64,000 nt of DNA, from the NCBI GenBank assembly GCA_902772905.1, contig CACYCL010000198.1, positions 1,177 through 65,176 on the forward strand, in the 5' to 3' direction. Below, piece by piece: positions 1-8,449 of this stretch. How positions within the stretch are numbered: position 1 is the stretch's first letter; every line of letters starts with the position of its first letter. The translations under genes and the position numbers were made by a program. The stretch is from an uncultured bacterium (GTDB lineage Bacteria; Verrucomicrobiota; Kiritimatiellia; RFP12; UBA1067). The notes beneath the pieces are model-generated. The model worked only from the letters and a program-made list of their open reading frames with translations. It made no database searches and had not been told where the DNA came from.

Positions 1-3000
1 GGAGACCGCGTCGAACGAGGAAGCGACGCGTGGCGTCGCACCGTCGTACTCGAACTCTACCGACGACGTGGGCGTGGTGCGCCGCGCGACGCGTCCGAGG
101 AAGTCGTAGACGGTCACCGAGTTCGTGACGACCCCGCAGTCGGACGATTCGGAGATATCGTAGTCGATGCGGCGTCCGTCGGGGGCGTAGGCGGAGAAGC
201 GGCTGGAACATGTCCATTTGGGCGCGCCAGAGCCAGTGCGCCCCATCGCCGTGCGCCACGACACCGAGCCTCCCCCTCGCACCTGCAGGTTTGTGGCGAC
301 CACGGACGGCGAGGGCTCTCCCGGCTCCCACTCCTCCTCTACCGTCTCCTCGCCCGCCTGCGTGTGGCGGACGAAGCGCACGGTGCGCAGCCCTCGCCCG
401 TCAATGCGCTCTTCGACATCCGACACGCCCTGGGGGTATCTCCGCGTCTCCGAGGTGACGTAGCCGCCCCTGTGGGGAAACGACGGGGATTCGGCCTCGC
501 CCTCCGTGCTTGCGCTTCTGTGGACCGTGTTGGTCTCGCGTCCAAGGGAGTCGAAGAAGTGCTGCACGACCGGGTATGTCCGCTCGAACTGGTTCGCGGT
601 CCACTGCGAATCATAGTGGTAGTCTCTGTTCACGGGCGTCCGAGGCAGGTCCAGCACGCCGACGCGCTCCTCCGCGTAGTACAGGCGGTCCGTGCCCGTC
701 ACGGCGCTGCGCAGCGTCCGCGCGCCGGTTCTGTCGCGGCTCCAGAGAAGACGGCAACACGAGTACGCGTTCGTCTCCCACGTGCCGTCCAGGTACGTGG
801 TCGAGCGCAGCCGGTTCTGGTCGTCGTATGCCATGCTTTGGTCCGCTATGACAGTTCCGTCCCGGGCGAGTCTTGTCGTTCTGCGAAGCACCGTGCCGTA
901 CGTCGCGTCCACGTCTGCGGTATCGTAAGTTGGAAACGGACGGGACTGGTACGACTTCTGGGAAACAGATGACAGGACGCCGTCGGCAAGGGAATACGAG
1001 TTCGCGGTCGCCACGCCGTCGTCTCCGAGCGATTCGACGATGGCGCCGCGCATGACGAGCGGCACCGACCCCGAATCCTCGGCGAAGCGCGTCTCCGACG
1101 AGACCGCGTTGCCTGCGTCGTCCGGCGCCGCCGACGGCGAGCACGCGCGGATCGTCGTGACGGACACGGTGGGATATCCGCCAGCCATGCCACGCACGTA
1201 GCGTCTCCATGTCCGGCCGACAAGCGTCTTCTCGCCGTTCTCCGAAACGTACCGGGATTCGACGCGCAGCCTCTCGCGGTCACGCGGATCGTCGGAATCC
1301 CCGGGAAGAGCCGCATAGCCGCTGGTCGTGACGAACGCCGCTTCGTCTGGCAGGTGGTCAGCCGTCCAGAATTCCCACTCGCTCGGCGCGCCCGATCCGT
1401 CGCGTTGTTCGATCCGCAGCGTCTCACGCCCTGTCTCGTCGTAGTCAGCGTAGCGCCACTGACGGTCGTCGCCCCACGCAAAGCGGAGCTGCCCGTGCCT
1501 CGCCGGGCTCTCCCAGTCGTCCCAGTAGTTGGCGAACGACTCCTTCCACGTTCCGTCTGCGCCAAGTTCCGCACGGTATGTCTCGCGCAGAACCGCGTTC
1601 TCCTCCCAGCCTATCAGGGAGTGTTCCGTGACGACGTGCTCTGACACCGTTCCTCCGCATCGAACCACGCGTTCTTGCCTCTTCTCCCCAGTGTACAGGT
1701 CTCCAGTCTTCAACACCGTCGTCTCTTCGCCGGAGATCGCGTCCGACCTGGTCCAGACTCCGTCTGCGCAGGCATACGTCCTGTCGCTCATCACGTTGCC
1801 GCGCTTGCTGATCTTGCGGAAACGCATCGACGCGGACGACGGATTTGTGATTTCCCAGGAGTGCACCGGCTCGCCGGTTTGCGTGTCGGCTATCGCGATG
1901 CCCACGCCGGAGGCAATGTTCGAGACGCAGAGCGTGCGCCCGCGGCTGTCGGAGCACACGACGCTGCGGATGCCGCAGGCGGTCGAGTCCGACACGGCGG
2001 CGTCCGGGCGCGAAAGAAGGGAAAACGACTCGCGCGAGACCGGGAACGGCTCGTCGCGGTCAAAGTAGAGGAAGCCTGCGATGCGGTCCCTGGCCGTCAG
2101 CCCGAGCGGAATGCGGAACCTGACAGAGCCAATGCCGTCGCCCTCGAAATCGTCGCAGCCGCCGTCCTCGCAGCCACCGACGCAGCATCCATCCTCAAGC
2201 GCGTCGGAGTCCGTGCCCCTTGCGCGGACGTCGTGGACGGCGGTGCCATGCCACACTTCCACTCCGTTCACATAGACGTGCCCGGTGATGGATTCGCCGC
2301 TCGTCGCCTGGCTGGTGGTCACGAACGAATACAAGTCGGTGTCGGCGCCTGCGTACAGTGCCGGCTCGCACGAACAGCCGTAGGCGGTTTCATCCCCTCG
2401 GATCCAGCCGTCCCACAGGCATTTGGAGTCCAGCGGATACGAGCTTTTCTCCTCGACAGAGCCTTCAGTCCATTCAAGCACGCTGCCCGCGTAGCAGTGG
2501 CCGGAGCCATACGACACCGACGGAAGCAGCACGAAGACCCGATGCCCGCCTGGCAGGCCGTATAGTCCCGGGCCGGGAAAGGCAATTCCGGGGCTTGCGC
2601 CTCCTGAGCGGGTGTTGGCGTTCATGTCTACTATCCTGACCCCGTCCTCTCCGGGGAAGAAGTCCAGTATGTCAACTTCCTCCTGAGACAGCTCGGAGTG
2701 AGACGGGCGCCCCGCCCAGTCTGTGGCAACGCCAACTGCCTGCTTCCCGACCAGGAGATCGGCGCGCTCCCCCTCCCCTACGTCACACGTCCCCGACAGA
2801 CCGGAAAGGACAACATCCGGCTCGTAGCCAACCAGGTGGAGCGGCGCGCCCATCCACGGCCATGGGCCTGTCGCGTGCATCTCTACCGTGATTGACTCTA
2901 TGGCGTTCGTCGAAAGCTGGAGCCGTATGCCGTCGGACGAGGCCGAACCTACCGAGCCGCGGAATCCTGACGAGTCGCGGTAGTCTATGCGAAGGCCGCC

Positions 3001-3873
3001 GAAGGCGACATGCCCCGCCCCTGTCGGCGACGAAGAAAGGAAGAACTGACGGTACGGAGTGTCGCGCCCGACTTGGAACGTGCGAGAGTAGAACGCGCCG
3101 GAGAGACCGTTGGTGGAGCAGAGGTCAAACGCGCCGCATACCGCAATCGAGAAAAGCGACGGGGAATGCTCCAAGACTGCCGATGGGGAATTGGCCGGGT
3201 CGAGCCCGAGGCGGTACTTGGCAAGGTCGGTGAAGCCGTCCCCGTTGGTGTCCGGCGAATGAGGGTCGGAATGGAAGACCACCGACTCCACGTAGTCGCA
3301 AAGGCCGTCGCAGTCGGCGTCGGCGTTGGAACGCACGGAGAAGAACGCCTGGGAGTGCAGCGCGTTCGTGAACGGAGCGGAGAGGACGGCGTTGGTCTGC
3401 CCGTCTGCCTGGACGGCAAACGAGCGCATCTCCCTGAACTCGTTGGTCAGCGAGGCGTCCGTGCCCCAGACAGACAGGACGGACCCAGAGGCCAGAAGAC
3501 CGGGCGTCCACGACACTGGCAAGACCACCGAATCGCTCGTGAACGTCAGGGAATCGACATGCAGGGCAATGTCCGAGCCAATGTTCCCGCCCTCAAGCGA
3601 GGTCTGCTCGCCGCTGCGCCGCGAAGCCGACTGGGGCGCATTGCCGACCCCGTTCACGGCGCCGCTCTTAGCCCCGGCATAGTGGATCAGCGCGCCGGAA
3701 AGCAAAACAGGCAGCAGCCAGGTCATGGCTGATGAACGGCAGAGTCCGCAAGCTCGCATGCGCATGCCAGTGACGCACGGACGCAACACTACATGCCATA
3801 ACGCCGTCGCCAGCATTACGGCAACCGCCAGCGCGCCAAAAGCCGCGAGTATACAAGCTCCATCGGTTTTCAT
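1..3873 (-). CDS. RHS/YD-repeat protein, N-terminal 1291 codons (3' end runs off the window start)
   Basis: Absent from the ORF track because it has no in-window stop. The minus frame whose codon first bases are multiples of 3 is the only frame with no listed ORF between 1 and 3873. Hand translation from ATG 3873 (preceded by an in-frame TAA) gives MKTDGACILAAFGALAVAVML. Positions 3339-3241 give SVRSNADADCDGLCDYVESVVFHSDPHSPDTNG, a TSP3-like Ca-binding DxDxDG motif. Positions 840-781 give QSMAYDDQNRLRSTTYLDGT, a YD repeat. The listed ORFs in 210-3856 are short overlapping shadows. Confidence 0.8.
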   Translation of the reverse strand, partial: MKTDGACILAAFGALAVAVMLATALWHVVLRPCVTGMRMRACGLCRSSAMTWLLPVLLSGALIHYAGAKSGAVNGVGNAPQSASRRSGEQTSLEGGNIGSDIALHVDSLTFTSDSVVLPVSWTPGLLASGSVLSVWGTDASLTNEFREMRSFAVQADGQTNAVLSAPFTNALHSQAFFSVRSNADADCDGLCDYVESVVFHSDPHSPDTNGDGFTDLAKYRLGLDPANSPSAVLEHSPSLFSIAVCGAFDLCSTNGLSGAFYSRTFQVGRDTPYRQFFLSSSPTGAGHVAFGGLRIDYRDSSGFRGSVGSASSDGIRLQLSTNAIESITVEMHATGPWPWMGAPLHLVGYEPDVVLSGLSGTCDVGEGERADLLVGKQAVGVATDWAGRPSHSELSQEEVDILDFFPGEDGVRIVDMNANTRSGGASPGIAFPGPGLYGLPGGHRVFVLLPSVSYGSGHCYAGSVLEWTEGSVEEKSSYPLDSKCLWDGWIRGDETAYGCSCEPALYAGADTDLYSFVTTSQATSGESITGHVYVNGVEVWHGTAVHDVRARGTDSDALEDGCCVGGCEDGGCDDFEGDGIGSVRFRIPLGLTARDRIAGFLYFDRDEPFPVSRESFSLLSRPDAAVSDSTACGIRSVVCSDSRGRTLCVSNIASGVGIAIADTQTGEPVHSWEITNPSSASMRFRKISKRGNVMSDRTYACADGVWTRSDAISGEETTVLKTGDLYTGEKRQERVVRCGGTVSEHVVTEHSLIGWEENAVLRETYRAELGADGTWKESFANYWDDWESPARHGQLRFAWGDDRQWRYADYDETGRETLRIEQRDGSGAPSEWEFWTADHLPDEAAFVTTSGYAALPGDSDDPRDRERLRVESRYVSENGEKTLVGRTWRRYVRGMAGGYPTVSVTTIRACSPSAAPDDAGNAVSSETRFAEDSGSVPLVMRGAIVESLGDDGVATANSYSLADGVLSSVSQKSYQSRPFPTYDTADVDATYGTVLRRTTRLARDGTVIADQSMAYDDQNRLRSTTYLDGTWETNAYSCCRLLWSRDRTGARTLRSAVTGTDRLYYAEERVGVLDLPRTPVNRDYHYDSQWTANQFERTYPVVQHFFDSLGRETNTVHRSASTEGEAESPSFPHRGGYVTSETRRYPQGVSDVEERIDGRGLRTVRFVRHTQAGEETVEEEWEPGEPSPSVVATNLQVRGGGSVSWRTAMGRTGSGAPKWTCSSRFSAYAPDGRRIDYDISESSDCGVVTNSVTVYDFLGRVARRTTPTSSVEFEYDGATPRVASSFDAVS

Positions 3874-3880
3874 TTAGCGT

Positions 3881-3889
3881 ATTGTATCA
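3881..3889 (-). promoter_or_regulatory. Extended -10 promoter (TGATACAAT) for the RHS gene; probable leaderless start
   Basis: The minus strand reads ttaTGATACAATacgctaaATG. The -10 box ends 7 nt before ATG 3873 and no Shine-Dalgarno sequence lies between them. Confidence 0.5.
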
Positions 3890-3968
3890 TAAAGGAACAT
3901 GAGGCACAAGTGCAGCGAACATAGAACATCCCTATAACATAAAGGGATTTGCCAGAAGTTATCGGATA

Positions 3969-3999
3969 AACTTGCGTTTACTTCCAGAACTTGCGTTTA
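3969..3999 (-). repeat. Two perfect 12-bp direct repeats (plus aacttgcgttta; minus TAAACGCAAGTT) with a 19-bp period
   Basis: Copies lie at 3969-3980 and 3988-3999, roughly 80-120 bp upstream of the RHS -10 box in the tadB-RHS intergenic region. Confidence 0.6.
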
Positions 4000-4028
4000 G
4001 TTCCGGACACGGCGGCATCAAAGCCGCG

Positions 4029-4724
4029 TCAGACGTCTATCTTGATTATCTTCCTGATTATCAGCCAACCTGTCACGACTAGGGCGACTGCGCCGACAAT
4101 GCACAGCACACCTGTCGCGCTGGTCAAAAACGGCAACATCAGCCCTGGTCTTATGATCGTCATAACAACACCAAGGAAAAGCGGCATGAGCGAGACAATC
4201 ACGCCCTGAAGTCGTCCCTGCGCCGTAAGTGACTTGACCTTCCGCTCGATGCGCATACGACCACGAATCGTCTCAGATATCCTGTCGAATATCTCCGTGA
4301 CATTGCCTCCCGTCTTGCGAGAGACAAGTATTGCCGTCGTTATGAGCGTGAGGTCGTCAGATCCTACACGCCGCGACAGTGAATCAAGAGCAGTCTCAAA
4401 ACTCATTCCAACCTTCATCTGTTGCTGAAGTATAGCGAACTCCTCGCTCATTGGCGCCTCACCCTGCTCAACCACGGAGTCAAACGCCTGAGATATGGAA
4501 AAACCAGCCCGCAGGGCATTCGACATCGTCGCAAGCGCCTCCGGCAATTGCGCATCGAACTTGGCTCTGCGACGAGCGTCTAAGTAACGGGCAAGCGGAG
4601 ACTGTCCGTTTTGCCAGCCTGCCTTGATCTTCACGCCGGAAACAAGAAACCACGCAATTCCGCCGAAGCAAAGAGCAAATAGCAAAACTATTGTCCAGCC
4701 AAGCACGAGTGAACTTCCCTTCAA
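4029..4724 (-). CDS. tadB: Type II secretion system F-family protein (TadB/TadC-like), 231 aa
   Basis: N-terminal TM segment, T2SSF-like core (LPEALATMSNALRAGFSISQAF ... LITTAILVSRKTGGNV) and two C-terminal TM segments. ATGA overlap with the cpaF stop at 4721-4724. Confidence 0.8.
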   Translation of the reverse strand: MKGSSLVLGWTIVLLFALCFGGIAWFLVSGVKIKAGWQNGQSPLARYLDARRRAKFDAQLPEALATMSNALRAGFSISQAFDSVVEQGEAPMSEEFAILQQQMKVGMSFETALDSLSRRVGSDDLTLITTAILVSRKTGGNVTEIFDRISETIRGRMRIERKVKSLTAQGRLQGVIVSLMPLFLGVVMTIIRPGLMLPFLTSATGVLCIVGAVALVVTGWLIIRKIIKIDV

Positions 4725-6373
4725 TTGCCCTGGAAAATCCTCATGTCCACGTCAATGCCCCTGCTCTTGACCTGATCGATCCAGGTCGGCACAGCGCCGG
4801 TTGGCCTCATAGAGCCTATGATTCGTCCGTGAAGATCAACACCAGTCTGCTCGAAGACGAAGATGTCTTGCATGACTACCTGACTTCCCTCCAACCCAGT
4901 CACTTCAGTAATCGCCGTCACCTTGCGCGACCCGTCGCTCATGCGAGACTCGTGGATGATTATGTCTACTGCACTTGCTATCTGCTCGCGTATCGCCCTG
5001 GACGGAAGATCCATTCCGCTCATGAGCACCATTGTCTCGAGTCTCGATATTACGTCTCTAGGCGAGTTTGCGTGCACTGTCGTAAGCGATCCGTCGTGAC
5101 CTGTATTCATGGCCTGGAGCATGTCTAGCGCCTCTCCGCCACGACATTCGCCGACTATGATTCGGTCAGGCCTCATTCGCAGGCAGTTCTTTACAAGGTC
5201 GCGAATCGGAACGGCGCCCTTTCCCTCGATGTTCGGGGGGCGCGCCTCAAGCCTGACGACATGCGGTTGCTGGAGACGAAGCTCCGCCGCATCCTCGATG
5301 GTCACAATGCGCTCGTTGCGCGGGATAAACCCTGAGAGCAGATTCAACAGTGTCGTCTTTCCTGAACCGGTGCCACCTGCCACGATTATGTTCTTGCGCA
5401 GCATCACGCAGAGCTTCATGAAATCCGCCGCGTCCTGAGTCCACGTTCCGATGCGGATGAAGTCCTGCGGCGTCAGAGCCCTTTTCGAGAATTTCCGTAT
5501 GGTTATCGTAGGCCCGGAAAGCGCAAGAGGCGCAATAATCGCGTTAACGCGCGATCCATCCGCCAAACGGGCGTCAACGTAAGGCTGCGACTCGTCGCAT
5601 CTTCTACCGAGAGGTGCGATAATTCGCTCGATTACCGCCATTACGCTTTCGTCATCCGAGAACTGGCAGTCGGAAAGCTCCAGCCTTCCGTTGCGCTCGA
5701 CGTACACGTTATCCGGTCCGTTCACCATAATTTCGGTTACGGAGTCATCGGCGAGGAGTTCTTCCAGCGGACCGAGGCGCATCGCCTCGTTGAACACGTC
5801 TTCTTCCAGTCTGTCAGGGTCGATTCCAGACGGCAGCCTGCCCTTCTTTACAACCTCGTCTATGATTGCACGAATGTTGTCGCGGGCACTGTCCTCAAGT
5901 CCATCGCGGTCGACGCCCTGCAAGGTCAGCTTCTTCATGTCCATTCGGTTCAGAAGCTCATGCTGTATCTGCGTCTGCACACTGCGGCGCACGGTGCGCA
6001 TAGGATCCAGCGGAGGCGCGTCTTCTGCCGCCAGTTCAGTTTCTTCGCATAGCGGCTCTGGCGTCTCATCGCGAACCGAGGCTTCGTCAGTACCGTCACT
6101 AACGCGGAGCATGCAGCTGCCTATCTGAACCACCATACCAGAATCCAGCACAACCGGCCGGTCAATCTGCTCGCCGTTGACGAACGTGCCGTTGGCGCTG
6201 TTTAGGTCCTCAAGTATTGCATGGTCGCCGCGCACCGATAATATCGCGTGGCGATCGCTCACGTCCTGAGAATCAAAACATATGCGGCACGACGCGCCGC
6301 GACCGATGACATACGTGCCCTCTGTAATCTCGCGCGTCTCACGGACGCCGTCAGCAAGCGTTGTAAGCGTCAT
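4721..6373 (-). CDS. cpaF: CpaF/TadA-family secretion ATPase with an N-terminal FHA domain, 550 aa
   Basis: FHA-like N-terminus ([48 protein letters not shown]). Walker A motif [45 protein letters not shown]. Confidence 0.9.
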   Translation of the reverse strand: MTLTTLADGVRETREITEGTYVIGRGASCRICFDSQDVSDRHAILSVRGDHAILEDLNSANGTFVNGEQIDRPVVLDSGMVVQIGSCMLRVSDGTDEASVRDETPEPLCEETELAAEDAPPLDPMRTVRRSVQTQIQHELLNRMDMKKLTLQGVDRDGLEDSARDNIRAIIDEVVKKGRLPSGIDPDRLEEDVFNEAMRLGPLEELLADDSVTEIMVNGPDNVYVERNGRLELSDCQFSDDESVMAVIERIIAPLGRRCDESQPYVDARLADGSRVNAIIAPLALSGPTITIRKFSKRALTPQDFIRIGTWTQDAADFMKLCVMLRKNIIVAGGTGSGKTTLLNLLSGFIPRNERIVTIEDAAELRLQQPHVVRLEARPPNIEGKGAVPIRDLVKNCLRMRPDRIIVGECRGGEALDMLQAMNTGHDGSLTTVHANSPRDVISRLETMVLMSGMDLPSRAIREQIASAVDIIIHESRMSDGSRKVTAITEVTGLEGSQVVMQDIFVFEQTGVDLHGRIIGSMRPTGAVPTWIDQVKSRGIDVDMRIFQGN

Positions 6374-6379
6374 GGCGCG

Positions 6380-7192
6380 TTACCTGTTGACGAGCTTCTG
6401 TTGCTGGCGCTTGAGGTTAAGTTCCTCAATCTCGCCCCGTATCTTCTCAAAGTCCACCTTCGGAAGTTCCTTTTCGTACGACGCGTCGTTGCGATTTCTC
6501 AGCGTAAGCACGAGACGCCCCTTTATCTGTTCGGCGAAAGCTAGCATCTCGGCTTCGCGCGGAGTGACCTCAAGCGTCACAGTTGCATAACCGGACGAAA
6601 GGTTTGCCTTGGCACGCGACTTCGCCGTCTGTGTGCCAGTCGCAAGCACAAGTACGTTCTGCAGCATCGTGCAGGTGACAAGATTGCGTTCGCGCGCACT
6701 GTAGCCAGTTGCGCCGCCAAGGTCGAAGGTACCAATCACATCGACGTGGTCGTTCGGCTTGACCATTGAAGACACCGACGCCGCACCAGAGCAGTTGATC
6801 GACACCGCACGCATCGTCTTCTTCACGTCTGCCGAAAGCCCAGTCTCGGCTGGATTACCACCCTCGATATCAGCCCAGAACAGAACATCGCGCTTCTTGT
6901 GCCCAAGCAGTATCTTACGGCCTAGCACCGTGCGCCATTCATCCTCCGGCACGGCTTGGCCTCGCAGGCCAAGCGCAGGAACCTTAAGAGATCCAACATC
7001 TCCCTGTTCAAGTATCGCCCCTGCTGGCAGATCGCGATTGAACACGACGACGCGCACCTCGCCGTAACGGCTGGCGATTGCATCCTTCAGCGCGGCAATC
7101 TCAGCATCTTTCGCTACGATGTAGAACCGCGTAAGCACAGCTGCCACGACACCCGCCAGCAGCGCAACCATCAAGACGATTTTGCGTTTCAT
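6380..7192 (-). CDS. cpaB: Flp pilus assembly protein CpaB-like, 270 aa
   Basis: The track ORF 6380..7270 is trimmed to MKRKIVLMVALLAGVVAAVLT (ATG 7192), which gives a TM anchor. SAF-like and RcpC/CpaB-like regions are present (LVLATGTQ ... VTLEVTPREAEMLAFAEQIKGRLVLTLRN). A promoter lies immediately upstream. Confidence 0.8.
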   Translation of the reverse strand: MKRKIVLMVALLAGVVAAVLTRFYIVAKDAEIAALKDAIASRYGEVRVVVFNRDLPAGAILEQGDVGSLKVPALGLRGQAVPEDEWRTVLGRKILLGHKKRDVLFWADIEGGNPAETGLSADVKKTMRAVSINCSGAASVSSMVKPNDHVDVIGTFDLGGATGYSARERNLVTCTMLQNVLVLATGTQTAKSRAKANLSSGYATVTLEVTPREAEMLAFAEQIKGRLVLTLRNRNDASYEKELPKVDFEKIRGEIEELNLKRQQQKLVNR

Positions 7193-7198
7193 GGCTGT

Positions 7199-7207
7199 AT
7201 TATACCA
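7199..7207 (-). promoter_or_regulatory. Extended -10 promoter (TGGTATAAT) for cpaB; probable leaderless start
   Basis: The minus strand reads aac cac taa tttaTGGTATAATacagccATG. The box lies 6 nt before ATG 7192 and directly after the trmJ-like stop codon. Confidence 0.5.
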
Positions 7208-7211
7208 TAAA

Positions 7212-7934
7212 TTAGTGGTTCTTCGCCCAGATTGCCTGCCGGGCCACGCCCAGCATGAGAGCCGCGTCATCCTTCGTGACCACGCCGCGAGAGAAAACGC
7301 GGTGAAAGCCCTGCATGAAATGGTCGGACTGTTCGCTCTTCATGAAGCCAATTTCCTGAAGCATCCGCGACCAGTTCTTCATGAGCTGCATTTTCTGCGC
7401 CTGCGGAACTGGAGGGGCCTTTTCACGTGGCGGCTGGTAGCGCCCCAAAGCCGTGAAGAGCTCGTAGCACGTAACAAGCACGGCCTGCGAGAGATTTATT
7501 GAAGTGTAGCCTTCGTCCACGGGTATGCGCACAAGATGCGTACATTGGACAATCTCTTCGTTGAGCAGCCCCTTGTCTTCCCTGCCAAACACGAGCGCAA
7601 CCGGTCCTGTTTCGGCTATTGAGAGAATATCGGCCGCGCAGTCTCGCGGCGTCTTGACGTGCTGCCGGTACAGTCCTTCGCGCGCGGTGGTGCCAACTAC
7701 TGCAACGCAGTCCGCAACCGCATCCTCCAAGGTCGGGAACTCAATGCGAGCGTCCATTATGTCAGTCGCGTGAACTGCCATTCTGCGCCCCTCCTCCCAG
7801 TCGTTCTGAAGGTTCGGCGAAGCAAGGCGAAGATGTCGTATGCCCATATTCGCCATCGCCCTGCAACTTGAGCCAACGTTGCCAGTGTACAACGTTCCCA
7901 CGAGCACTACGTGTATGTTGTCGAGTGGATTCAT
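7212..7934 (-). CDS. trmJ: SpoU/TrmH-family RNA 2'-O-methyltransferase (TrmJ-like), 240 aa
   Basis: The track ORF 7212..8189 is trimmed to MNPLDNIHVVLVGTLYTGNVGSSCRAMANMG, which is a TrmJ-type N-terminus. ATGA overlap with the upstream lipoprotein stop at 7931-7934. Confidence 0.75.
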   Translation of the reverse strand: MNPLDNIHVVLVGTLYTGNVGSSCRAMANMGIRHLRLASPNLQNDWEEGRRMAVHATDIMDARIEFPTLEDAVADCVAVVGTTAREGLYRQHVKTPRDCAADILSIAETGPVALVFGREDKGLLNEEIVQCTHLVRIPVDEGYTSINLSQAVLVTCYELFTALGRYQPPREKAPPVPQAQKMQLMKNWSRMLQEIGFMKSEQSDHFMQGFHRVFSRGVVTKDDAALMLGVARQAIWAKNH

Positions 7935-8434
7935 TGCTTTGGTTTTGTCTCTCGCGGCTTGTATTCGCGTCCGCCGCTCGGCATTATCTTCCAACGGTCG
8001 TCCTTGTCCTTCTTCTTGCCTATGTCGGGCGTGTCGCAAAGAACGCCCCTGTACACTTCGCGGTAGTTCTCCATATCGTCCTCGACCTGCCTGTATATGA
8101 CGCACGAAAAGCCATTCGCAAGCAACATCCACCGTTCGTTGTCCGTCTTGTACATGGTTCCGCGTCGAAGGAAGTTCATGCACTGCCATGCAGTGAAGGT
8201 TTCGCCGTCGGGCAATTCCGCGCGCACGACCAGTTTAGACTTGAATTCCATTTCCTTGCCGGTAAGCGGAGCCACGAACGTATTCACGTGGTCTTTCTCA
8301 CTGCGTCCGTAGTCGACTGCGACGAGATTGCCGTCTTCGTCCGAAAAGACGTTGCGCTGCACAACCTCGTACGACTGGCAGCCGGCAAGTGCCAGCGCCA
8401 GCGCAGCAAAGGCGAATGTCCTCATGTTCTTCAT
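7931..8434 (-). CDS. Hypothetical lipoprotein, 167 aa
   Basis: Trimmed to MKNMRTFAFAALALALAGC (lipobox LAGC). No family recognised. Confidence 0.6.
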   Translation of the reverse strand: MKNMRTFAFAALALALAGCQSYEVVQRNVFSDEDGNLVAVDYGRSEKDHVNTFVAPLTGKEMEFKSKLVVRAELPDGETFTAWQCMNFLRRGTMYKTDNERWMLLANGFSCVIYRQVEDDMENYREVYRGVLCDTPDIGKKKDKDDRWKIMPSGGREYKPRETKPKQ

Positions 8435-8440
8435 GCGCGT

Positions 8441-8449
8441 ATTATAGCA
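8441..8449 (-). promoter_or_regulatory. Extended -10 promoter (TGCTATAAT) for the lipoprotein-trmJ pair; probable leaderless start
   Basis: The minus strand reads gtc aat tTG CTA TAA Tacgcgc ATG. The box lies 6 nt before ATG 8434. The TAA stop of the upstream hydrolase (8442-8444) lies inside the -10 hexamer. Confidence 0.5.

Noticed and set aside
210-3856. About 35 overlapping ORFs of 60-296 aa on both strands (for example 1675..2565 +, 3010..3732 +, 846..1574 -).
   Set aside because: All are Arg/Ala/Pro-rich shadows typical of high-GC DNA. A single uninterrupted minus-strand frame (the RHS protein, start 3873) explains the whole region. It is missing from the track only because it lacks an in-window stop.
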